The notes under the pieces are model-generated. The model was given only the letters and a program-made list of their open reading frames with translations. It did no database searches and had not been told where the DNA came from. This document shows, in pieces, positions 52,842-61,558 of a DNA stretch of 64,000 bases. The stretch is from an uncultured Bdellovibrionales bacterium. GTDB lineage: Bacteria; Bdellovibrionota_C; UBA2361; SZUA-149; DAOLCO01. Where the stretch lies: assembly GCA_964353175.1 (NCBI GenBank), contig CAYGUX010000007.1, positions 12,088-76,087 of the forward strand, in the 5' to 3' direction. The translations under genes were made by a program, and so were the position numbers. Within the stretch, counting starts at the first letter, position 1; each line of letters opens with the position of its first letter.

Positions 52842-54067
52842 AATTCCAATCTCCTAAATACTTCTCTATATCTTCTTTCTGACTCTAATAATGAAATTCT
52901 CACTACGTCAGATTGCTCACTATCAAAACCTCCGCCTGGAGAAAACGCCACATGACAATTTTCTAGGATTGAACTACAAAACTTATCTGCACCAAGACTT
53001 CTATACTTTAAGGGAATTCTTGCCCAAAGCATACTCGTAGCTCTTGAATTACTTACTTCCCAACCCAACTTTTCCAAACCTTCACTAACAAGAATGTGCC
53101 TATCAAGATAAATTTGACAATTTTCTCTAGTAATTGGATTTAGATCTTCTTTTAAGACCTCATTTAAAACTTTGGTCATAGCAATCTGAATTGGTTGAAA
53201 GATACCAAAACCTGAAAAACTATTTAAGGCCTTTACTTTTTGTATTACGGTTTCTAAGCCAATTGCACACCCCATCCTCCAACCAGGAAGAGAAAACCCT
53301 TTGGAAACAGAATATATTTCTATTGCTCCAGCTTTGGTTCCAGAGACGGACAAAAGGCTACACGAGTCATCATGATCATAATATAAGTCCCCATGCGCAA
53401 AGTCATTAATAAGCAGGATGTGATGTTTAGTTGCAAACTCTAACAAACGTTCATAAAAACATTTAGTAACAATACTAGCCGTTGGGTTATGTGGAAATGA
53501 AGTAATTAATACTTTGGGCCTTGGCCATGTTTGTTTTAAGCGATTCTCCAATCTTGAGAAAAAATAGTTATTTTGACTATCCAAGACACCATTCGCAGAC
53601 TTGTATGTATCGTAGTCAGGCCATAAAGGCACACCAACAAAACTTGCACCTGCTATACTGACCGCCGCAGAATGGACGGGATAGGAAGGTACAGGGATCA
53701 AAGCAGTATCCCCAGGAGATAGAACAGATAATAGTAAATGCAAACATGCTTCCTTAGCTCCCTGAGTTACGACTATCTCCCGTTTTGAATCTACTTCTAC
53801 TCCAAAACTTTTCTGATAATACGCGCTAAAAGCTTCCCTTAAGGCTAATAATCCTATACTGGATGAATATCTATGATTATGTGGCAACAACGTTGCTTCC
53901 ACAAGTCGATCTATCGCAATTTGTGGAGGAGGAATTGTTGGATTTAATTGACTACAATCTATAACATCACACCCCTCCATTCTTAGTTTCTGTACTTGAT
54001 TAGCAACATCGCTAAGAACATAGGGTGGCAAATTATTTATTCTAGTAGAACTTAGAGAACTATACAT
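52829..54067 (-). CDS. Class I/II pyridoxal-phosphate aminotransferase
   Basis: The SKGFSLPGWRMG PLP-lysine motif and NP.G motif are present. It overlaps the downstream TPR gene by 13 bp. Confidence 0.8.
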   Translation of the reverse strand: MYSSLSSTRINNLPPYVLSDVANQVQKLRMEGCDVIDCSQLNPTIPPPQIAIDRLVEATLLPHNHRYSSSIGLLALREAFSAYYQKSFGVEVDSKREIVVTQGAKEACLHLLLSVLSPGDTALIPVPSYPVHSAAVSIAGASFVGVPLWPDYDTYKSANGVLDSQNNYFFSRLENRLKQTWPRPKVLITSFPHNPTASIVTKCFYERLLEFATKHHILLINDFAHGDLYYDHDDSCSLLSVSGTKAGAIEIYSVSKGFSLPGWRMGCAIGLETVIQKVKALNSFSGFGIFQPIQIAMTKVLNEVLKEDLNPITRENCQIYLDRHILVSEGLEKLGWEVSNSRATSMLWARIPLKYRSLGADKFCSSILENCHVAFSPGGGFDSEQSDVVRISLLESERRYREVFRRLELWEK

Positions 54068-54077
54068 TATATTTACT

Positions 54078-54998
54078 TTATTTAGGTGAGGGAGATATAC
54101 TTAGATTACGCTCTCCAGCATGGTAACTTGATCGAACTAAAGGGCCTATAAATACATGCTTAAAGTCCAATTCCATCGCCTGTTTTTCATAACTCCCGAA
54201 CTCCTCAGGTGTAAGATATTTAGCAACACCAATATGATCCTTAGTTGGGCGCATATACTGGCCTGCTGTAAAAATATCTACTTTATGATCACGACAGTCT
54301 CTAAACAATTGGCCTACTTCAGAACTCAATTCTCCCAAGCCAAGCATTATTCCAGTTTTAGTTAAGATATTAGGGTCGGTCTCCTTAACCCATTTTAATA
54401 ATTCTAAAGAACGTCTATATGAAGAACCAGGCCTTACCCTACGATATAGCCGAGGTACCGTTTCTAGGTTATGATTTATCACATCCGGTTTACTATCGAT
54501 TATAGTTTGAAGCGCCTTCTTACTTCCCCTTAAATCTGGGATTAAAACCTCAACAGAGATTCCTGGGATAGTCTCTTTTAACTTAGTGACGGTATGATAA
54601 AAACCACTAGCACCTCCATCTTCTAAATCATCCCTAGCTACAGAAGTGACAACTACATAGGATAAATTTAAAGCGATTGTTGCTTCTACAATACGTTCAG
54701 CTTCATTCTCGAAATCCTGCTCAGGCATAAGCGGCTTACCTGTTGTCACGGAACAGAACCTACACCCCCTAGTGCAAACATCCCCAAGAATCATGAAAGT
54801 AGCTGTTCCACTCGCAAAACATTCGCTGATATTTGGGCATCGAGCTTCTTCACAAACTGTGTTTAACTTGGACTTTCTGAGAGTCTGCTTAAGGGCCTTT
54901 GTCTCTTTAGAACTCCCAGGTGGGCGTTTTAACCACACAGGAATTCTATCGGTGGATTCGCTAACCAACTCTACAAGCTCAGCGTCATCTGCGATCAA
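54078..54998 (-). CDS. lipA: Lipoyl synthase
   Basis: Both Cys clusters are present (CEEARCPNISEC; CTRGCRFC). Confidence 0.92.
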   Translation of the reverse strand: MIADDAELVELVSESTDRIPVWLKRPPGSSKETKALKQTLRKSKLNTVCEEARCPNISECFASGTATFMILGDVCTRGCRFCSVTTGKPLMPEQDFENEAERIVEATIALNLSYVVVTSVARDDLEDGGASGFYHTVTKLKETIPGISVEVLIPDLRGSKKALQTIIDSKPDVINHNLETVPRLYRRVRPGSSYRRSLELLKWVKETDPNILTKTGIMLGLGELSSEVGQLFRDCRDHKVDIFTAGQYMRPTKDHIGVAKYLTPEEFGSYEKQAMELDFKHVFIGPLVRSSYHAGERNLSISPSPK

Positions 54999-55018
54999 AT
55001 CTTTTGCTCCCCTTCTCC

Positions 55019-55738
55019 TTACCAGTCTCCAAGTGGAGACATGATATTCTGAAACAATGATGCTTTTTTAGAGTCCCCACTTACTTTAATTCTCTGAGAG
55101 ACTAAAGCTATTTGAGGGTTTAAAAATCCATTAACGATGCTTAAAAAATCCTCGCTGTGCAACATCAATACAAGTTCAGCTTCCTCTCTTTGTGGAGAGA
55201 TGCTGATTTCATTCTCATTTAAGTCTAATGTCCAAACACCGCCCATATCACCTCGCACCTCAATACGATAACGACCAATCAGATCTTTTCTTCTTTCTTC
55301 GTCTAAAATTTCAAAACGACAAGAGGCTTCTGAGGCAAAAAATTCTTTTACAGATTGTATATCATCTCTCACTTTGGGTTTCTCTTCCTCCTCTTCTTCA
55401 TAGAAGTCATCTCCCTGGTCAGAGTTACCCTTATTATCTAAATCATAATGATTATCCTCTTCATACTCCGATGAAGGTTCATCATACAAACTATTTTCAT
55501 CTTCTTGACTACTCAGTTCTTCCCCATCTTCTTTCTCCTCCTCTACCCACTCAGTGGTCGTAGTTAAAGGCGCAGAGTGATGTACGTCCTCCGCCAAATC
55601 CAAAGAACTATTTTCTTCAGGTAATAAACTCACGCGTCTTAGATCAGAATCTAAGGAATCATCTTTAATATCAGTCATGGTATCTTGATCTCCCATTAAG
55701 GCTTTCCACCATTTTTTCTCAAAAGCTGCGAATAACAT
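55019..55738 (-). CDS. Highly acidic protein with a C-terminal SCP2 (sterol-carrier-like) domain
   Basis: The C-terminal ...DFLSIVNGFLNPQIALVSQRIKVSGD pattern matches the SCP2 consensus (GKLNPQ.AFM.GKLKIKG). The N-terminal half is Glu/Asp-rich. Confidence 0.55.
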   Translation of the reverse strand: MLFAAFEKKWWKALMGDQDTMTDIKDDSLDSDLRRVSLLPEENSSLDLAEDVHHSAPLTTTTEWVEEEKEDGEELSSQEDENSLYDEPSSEYEEDNHYDLDNKGNSDQGDDFYEEEEEEKPKVRDDIQSVKEFFASEASCRFEILDEERRKDLIGRYRIEVRGDMGGVWTLDLNENEISISPQREEAELVLMLHSEDFLSIVNGFLNPQIALVSQRIKVSGDSKKASLFQNIMSPLGDW

Positions 55739-55834
55739 AGAACTTATTAGATTCCTTTAAATCGATTTATTGTGTAACTATTTCTAGTACAGTACGATAT
55801 TAAGACGATATCCTCAAGAATTCTAACAAATTAA

Positions 55835-56446
55835 ATGGAAAACAAGGTAGAGACTTATACTAAGATTATTGCCCTAACTGGCTCAAGTGGTTCAGGCAAA
55901 TCCACGGTAGCCCAGTTACTACATCAGAAAGGTGCAACAATAGTCTCAGCAGATGAACTCAGTCGAGAGGCTGTAAAAGTTGGCTCCCCCATCCTCAAAC
56001 AGCTTACAGAAGAGTTCGGAAACAATACTCTCTTAGCCAATGGTAATTTAAATCGTGCGTTCTTACATTCTGAGATTTTTTCCTGTCCACTCAAAAAAGC
56101 CAAAGCCGAAGGTATCATTCATCCTAAGGTCAAAAGCTTAGCCTTAGAAAAATTTAATGTCGCCTTAGAAACTTCAAATGTTGTAATATATGATGTTCCA
56201 CTTTACTTTGAAGCTGGCCTAGACAAATTACCGTTTAAAGCTAGTATCCTTGTTTATGCCTCCGAAGCAGACAGCATAAAACGAATAATGTTAAGGGATT
56301 GCCTTAAGGAAATAGAAGCAAAAAATAGGCTAAACTCACAGATCACATCTACAGAGAAACTCTCCAAAGTAACCCATGTAATCAACAACTCAGGCTCTAT
56401 GGATGATTTGGAAATAGCCGTTCAAGAACTTTGGGGCCATCTATAA
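55835..56446 (+). CDS. coaE: Dephospho-CoA kinase
   Basis: P-loop IALTGSSGSGKST. The ~200-aa length is typical. Confidence 0.85.
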   Translation: MENKVETYTKIIALTGSSGSGKSTVAQLLHQKGATIVSADELSREAVKVGSPILKQLTEEFGNNTLLANGNLNRAFLHSEIFSCPLKKAKAEGIIHPKVKSLALEKFNVALETSNVVIYDVPLYFEAGLDKLPFKASILVYASEADSIKRIMLRDCLKEIEAKNRLNSQITSTEKLSKVTHVINNSGSMDDLEIAVQELWGHL

Positions 56447-56458
56447 TCGATTAGACAA

Positions 56459-58498
56459 CTAAAAATAGGTGAGCAATTTTTCGAGTCTATAAACTCTATC
56501 ACGTAAAACAGTAGCTTCTTCAAATTCATACTTCTTTGCATGCTCAAACATCTGAACTTTAAGTGCATTAATTTGAGCCTTAAATTGGGCTGGATCCCTA
56601 GGTAAACTTGCTAAATCTTCATCTCCCAAGATCTCACTTAAACTACCTGTCACCTCCCTATCTACCATCTCTGCCTCCTTACCTCTGGATACGCCTACAG
56701 GAGTAATGTTATGCTCGATATTGTAGTCTTCCTGGATCTTCCTTCTTCTGTAAGTTTCACTCACAGCCCTTTGGATTGAACCTGTCTCTTTATCAGCATA
56801 TAGAATGACCCTACCGTTTAAGTTTCTTGCGGCCCGACCAATGGTTTGAATTAAGCTAGTTTCAGACCTTAAAAAGCCCTCCTTATCCGCATCTAAGATA
56901 GCCACCAAACTAACCTCGGGTAAATCTAGCCCCTCCCTGAGCAGATTGATGCCTACTAAAACATCAAATTCGCCTTGCCTAAGCCCCCGTATTAAATCGA
57001 TTCGATCTAAAGTGTGTATTTCAGAGTGAAGGTATTTCACTCTGACTCCTACTTCCTGATAATATTCAGTTAAATCTTCTGACATTCTTTTAGTTAAAGT
57101 AGTCACTAATACTCTTTCGTCCTTCTCTACTGTACGTCGAATCTCCTCTAACAAATCATCAACTTGATTTGTTGCAGGTCTAATTTCTATCGCCGGGTCA
57201 AGTAGGCCAGTTGGCCTAATCACTTGCTCTACTACTTTACCTTTTGATTCTTTGATCTCAAATTCTTTGGGTGTGGCAGAAACGAATAATAACTTTTTAG
57301 CTTTTTCATAAAACTCTTCAAACCTAAGCGGTCTGTTATCTAGAGCTGATGGTAGTCTAAAACCAAAGTCAACTAAAGTTTGCTTCCGTGATTGATCCCC
57401 TCTAAACATACCCGCAATTTGCGATGTCGTAACATGACTCTCATCAATTACAACAAGAAATTCTTCCGGGAAATAATCGATCAAGGTAGGAGGAGGCGCT
57501 CCGGAGGGTCGCCCAGTAATATGCCTTGAATAATTCTCGATACCCGAACAAAAACCCATTTCATTCATCAATTCTAAATCGTATCGAGTTCTTTGCTCAA
57601 GTCTATCTGCTTCTAATGCCTTACCCATCTTTCTAAGTTCGGGTAGTCTTATGTCCAACTCAGATCGAATAGAAATGATAGCTTTTTTTATAGCGTCTTT
57701 TCCTGTAACAAAGTGACTGGCTGGATATATACAAATCTTATTTAGCGGGCGGATCATCTTGCCTGTCAATCTATCGACCTCTGACAAAGCTTCTATTTCG
57801 TCCCCAAATAGTTCTAAACGAATAATTTTATCAGTCTCATCCGCTGTGCAAACCTCAACTACATCACCTCTGACTCTAAAAGTTCCTGTTGTAAAATCTT
57901 GATCCTGACGCTGATATTGTAGAAAAACAAATTTCCTAAGTAGGTCAATTCGTGAAATCTTATCCCCCACTTCGAGATACAGCATCTGACTAAAGTAACT
58001 TTCTGGATCTCCAAGGCCATATATACAACTTACACTAGAGACCACTATAGTATCCCTACGTTCAAGAAGTGCCTTGGTACTCGCATGGCGCAACTTATCT
58101 ATCTCATCATTGATTGATGCATCCTTTTCTATAAAGGTATCAGTAGAAGGGACGTATGCTTCTGGTTGATAGTAATCATAATAACTAACAAAGTAACGCA
58201 CGGCATTATTTGGGAAGATCTCAGCAAATTCAGAATACAACTGAGCAGCTAGAGTTTTGTTGTGGGCAATAATTAAAGTGGGAATATTTAACTTCTCTAT
58301 CAAATGAGCAACAGTAAAAGTTTTACCGGAACCAGTAACTCCTAGTAGAGTCATTCTATCTGCTCCAGAAATAAATCCCTTGCTTAATTCTTCAATAGCC
58401 TTAGGCTGGTCACCTTTAGGAACCCTAGAGTCTTCAATCTTAAACTTGAGACTCTCATCTCTAATATTAGGTCTCTTATTTAGTCTTTGTTCACTCAT
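56459..58498 (-). CDS. uvrB: Excinuclease ABC subunit B (UvrB)
   Basis: Walker A GVTGSGKT. The beta-hairpin, helicase motifs and C-terminal UVR domain are present. Confidence 0.97.
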   Translation of the reverse strand: MSEQRLNKRPNIRDESLKFKIEDSRVPKGDQPKAIEELSKGFISGADRMTLLGVTGSGKTFTVAHLIEKLNIPTLIIAHNKTLAAQLYSEFAEIFPNNAVRYFVSYYDYYQPEAYVPSTDTFIEKDASINDEIDKLRHASTKALLERRDTIVVSSVSCIYGLGDPESYFSQMLYLEVGDKISRIDLLRKFVFLQYQRQDQDFTTGTFRVRGDVVEVCTADETDKIIRLELFGDEIEALSEVDRLTGKMIRPLNKICIYPASHFVTGKDAIKKAIISIRSELDIRLPELRKMGKALEADRLEQRTRYDLELMNEMGFCSGIENYSRHITGRPSGAPPPTLIDYFPEEFLVVIDESHVTTSQIAGMFRGDQSRKQTLVDFGFRLPSALDNRPLRFEEFYEKAKKLLFVSATPKEFEIKESKGKVVEQVIRPTGLLDPAIEIRPATNQVDDLLEEIRRTVEKDERVLVTTLTKRMSEDLTEYYQEVGVRVKYLHSEIHTLDRIDLIRGLRQGEFDVLVGINLLREGLDLPEVSLVAILDADKEGFLRSETSLIQTIGRAARNLNGRVILYADKETGSIQRAVSETYRRRKIQEDYNIEHNITPVGVSRGKEAEMVDREVTGSLSEILGDEDLASLPRDPAQFKAQINALKVQMFEHAKKYEFEEATVLRDRVYRLEKLLTYF

Positions 58499-58694
58499 TT
58501 AAGGAATAATTTACTAACTTTTCAATTGGAATGTAGGTTTTGTTTAGTAATATTTATAGCACGTTAGCTAAATGATACAAAAAATCAAAGTAATCCATCG
58601 AAAAACTGGATCCCTGAGGCCATATATTTCATCAAGAATATGATAGATTTATTTGAATGTTAAAAATATAATTTAAAGAGCCAAAGGAAATTCA

Positions 58695-59504
58695 GTGACT
58701 TCGAGTTTAGAAGAACATTATCTAAACATACTCGGTAACCCGGAAGAGGGTAATCTTCCGGAACTTGAAAAAAAGTTTAAAAGACTCTCTGCTGAGTATC
58801 TAATAACAAAGACTGCTGATCGAGTTGACATCTCGATGATCCAAAGGTCTGGGGAACTAACCAGTGCTTATCTATACTTGAAATCAAAATGGGAAAAACA
58901 AACTAGAAGTTCTCCATTCGTCCCAAAAATTCTTCGGATTGAACACCCTGAGCAGCCTCCCTTAACATTTCTAGAAAAGTTGCATAAAGAACTATATGGA
59001 TTGGCAATGGCTGGTTTATTCTTTGTTGCAATATTAAGTTTATATCAACTAGGTGTCTCACTATTAGATAATTCCTTTGCTAGCGCTTTCTCTGGTGTAG
59101 GCAAACAAAATATGATTACTGAATATATAAATAGCGAGACAACAATAAACGCGATTAAGAGCCAAAACTCAGCCGTGGCCCTGAGAAAGAATCGCGAAAC
59201 TTTTTTAAAAAAAATAGATTCTAAACAAGCTCTACCGATCCAAATCGCCGCTAAATCATGTGACTTACAGGGAATAAAATCACTAATTAGCAATCAAGCC
59301 AATTTGAATTCTTTAGATGAACTAGGTGCAACTCCTCTACATTGGACATCCCGAATAAATTGCATAAGTTGTTCTCAAGCCTTAATTGCCGCAAATGCCA
59401 GCATAAATATTAAAGACTATTCTGGAAAAACCGCTTTAGACTGGGCCAAGTTAAGCAATAATCACGAAAGCATACGTCTGCTTGAAAAGTTTGGTGCCCA
59501 ATAG
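58695..59504 (+). CDS. Ankyrin-repeat protein with a central transmembrane segment (GTG start as listed)
   Basis: The C-terminal half has at least 3 ankyrin repeats (G.TPLH......aa..Li..GA..N). There is one hydrophobic helix. Confidence 0.7.
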   Translation: MTSSLEEHYLNILGNPEEGNLPELEKKFKRLSAEYLITKTADRVDISMIQRSGELTSAYLYLKSKWEKQTRSSPFVPKILRIEHPEQPPLTFLEKLHKELYGLAMAGLFFVAILSLYQLGVSLLDNSFASAFSGVGKQNMITEYINSETTINAIKSQNSAVALRKNRETFLKKIDSKQALPIQIAAKSCDLQGIKSLISNQANLNSLDELGATPLHWTSRINCISCSQALIAANASINIKDYSGKTALDWAKLSNNHESIRLLEKFGAQ

Positions 59505-59512
59505 CTCCCTAA

Positions 59513-61387
59513 TTATCGTGGAACTTTATACAAGCCAAACATACCAGTATTTAAAAATCCAAGTCGTGCTAATTCTTCTTTATTTAACGGACCACCTGCT
59601 AGTACATAATCCGGGCAAACTCCAGGACTCTGTTTGCAATTAAGAATTGCGGTAACGCTTTGATTTATGGCTGCTCTTTCTGCCTCCCCTAGAATGCCAT
59701 GTGAAACTAACCAGCCGGGGTAACCGTAATACATCACTCGCCCAGCCAATAGGATTGGTGAATTATGAATTGGATCTCCCGCAATGATAGCGGTATTTGG
59801 AGTGTTTAATCTAATCTGTTCTGATTGTTTAACTAACTCTATAGAATAGATAGGATTCTCTTCATCGACTAAAAAAATCCGACTAAACTCATAAATACCA
59901 GGGCAAATTGAGAGGAACAATATGAGACCAATAGAATCCTTAGGCCTGCATCTTGATCCAGCCATAATAAGTAAGGACACAAAAAGCCCTATAAATAATT
60001 TATAATTATCCCAATTCCAATTACTCAGAGATACGTAGTTACCTAAAATGAATAAAGAAATTAGTATTACAATCATTCTCCTAGGCAGGTGATACATAAA
60101 GTAAACTATAGGAAGCAACAATATAGTGAAATTAATTGACCACATCTTACTTAGAGCAAAGAATGTTTGTTGCTCGCCAAGCATCCAACCTGAAACGAAC
60201 TTTACCATATTAGATTTTCCTGAGTAGTGTAGATAACCTATAGTTACAAAAATAGTACTAGGCAAAATGAAACTTAATAAAGGTAAACTATATTTATTTA
60301 ATTTTAAGTATGAAATCGGATTAAAAAAGACATCATATAATAGATAGAAACCAATAATTAGGCAGGCGACTAGAGCCATGTGGAAATTTGCTAAAAAAGA
60401 GATCCCAAACAAAGTTGCTAACTTAAACATCAACTTAGAGCGTGAATAACAATCGCAATCCTCCCTAGATCGTCGCATGTAATATTTAGAGAAGGCAGAC
60501 ATCCCGACAGCTAAAGTGAACAATCCATATAAACTTGTCCTCTGGGGAATCCAAATACAACTTAGCAAATCAGCAACAGGAAATCCCTTATCAATTAATG
60601 AATGAGAATACCCCTTTAGCCCATCACTAAGATGATATAAGTCAATGTTCGCTAAAAATTGTGCTAAGGTTCCTCCTCCTAGTAGCACAACCCATGGGAA
60701 TATTTTATGTCCATTTTTACTAAGTGAGATCAAACTAAATAACCAAATAATAGTCCACTGAAGAACAAATACCACTTTTAAAATTCTCATACTAGGAAAG
60801 CTTGAGAGAAGCAAAGCCGACCAAAAATCAGGTAAAACTGAGTATGACAAATATTCACCTGGGAAAATATGATACTCCCTCAAAGGAGTTGGGCCATAAA
60901 TATAGTTAAATATTAAGCCCAAATGTATTGGTAAATCTCCATAATTATTAACCCAAAGGGTTTTTATTTCACCGCTATAAGAAAAAATAGTAATCCCTAT
61001 CCAAAAAATAATATAAAAAAACAATACTCCATTTAGTGTTAAGCTTTTAAATGAACTTAAATTAAAAAAGCCCTCAAAGGCTGCTTTAGGTTTTACTAGT
61101 CGTGGAATAAAAAATATTGGAAGCAATAAACATATTGCAAAAGATAGCCAGTAAGCATTAAGTACTGGTATGCCAAACAGGATATAGAGTCCAAAGGAGA
61201 TTAGTAGGTGGATCTCCAATCCAACGACCCAATTCAATAAAGATTCTTCCGAAGAGTTAAAGAGTGATGGTGGATTTTGTACTTTTTTAGAGAGAAGACA
61301 AGAGACCAATTCTCCCCAAAAATGACCAAAAACACCATAACAAGTCATTGGCAAAATCAAACCCAAAGTAAATATAATTAAATTCAC
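59513..61387 (-). CDS. Large polytopic membrane protein (GT-C-like / DUF-type, >=12 TM)
   Basis: Hydrophobicity only. Confidence 0.45.
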   Translation of the reverse strand: MNLIIFTLGLILPMTCYGVFGHFWGELVSCLLSKKVQNPPSLFNSSEESLLNWVVGLEIHLLISFGLYILFGIPVLNAYWLSFAICLLLPIFFIPRLVKPKAAFEGFFNLSSFKSLTLNGVLFFYIIFWIGITIFSYSGEIKTLWVNNYGDLPIHLGLIFNYIYGPTPLREYHIFPGEYLSYSVLPDFWSALLLSSFPSMRILKVVFVLQWTIIWLFSLISLSKNGHKIFPWVVLLGGGTLAQFLANIDLYHLSDGLKGYSHSLIDKGFPVADLLSCIWIPQRTSLYGLFTLAVGMSAFSKYYMRRSREDCDCYSRSKLMFKLATLFGISFLANFHMALVACLIIGFYLLYDVFFNPISYLKLNKYSLPLLSFILPSTIFVTIGYLHYSGKSNMVKFVSGWMLGEQQTFFALSKMWSINFTILLLPIVYFMYHLPRRMIVILISLFILGNYVSLSNWNWDNYKLFIGLFVSLLIMAGSRCRPKDSIGLILFLSICPGIYEFSRIFLVDEENPIYSIELVKQSEQIRLNTPNTAIIAGDPIHNSPILLAGRVMYYGYPGWLVSHGILGEAERAAINQSVTAILNCKQSPGVCPDYVLAGGPLNKEELARLGFLNTGMFGLYKVPR

Positions 61388-61558
61388 GTCTATACCATTT
61401 AATATTTATAGATTAAGGCAAAGAGCCGAAAGATAGTGTATTTTTTACCGCTTGGAAACATCTTAGTTAATAGTTAGTGCATTAACTAGGTTTTTTAGTG
61501 TACAATTCTAAAGAATTTTCTCTACCGCATCTAAAGATATCTTAATAAACGAGTCTAA

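Noticed and set aside
58499-58694. LexA/SOS box upstream of uvrB
   Set aside because: Neither a CTGT-N8-ACAG nor a GAAC-N4-GTTC type box is evident. The lineage-specific LexA motif is unknown, so no call is made.
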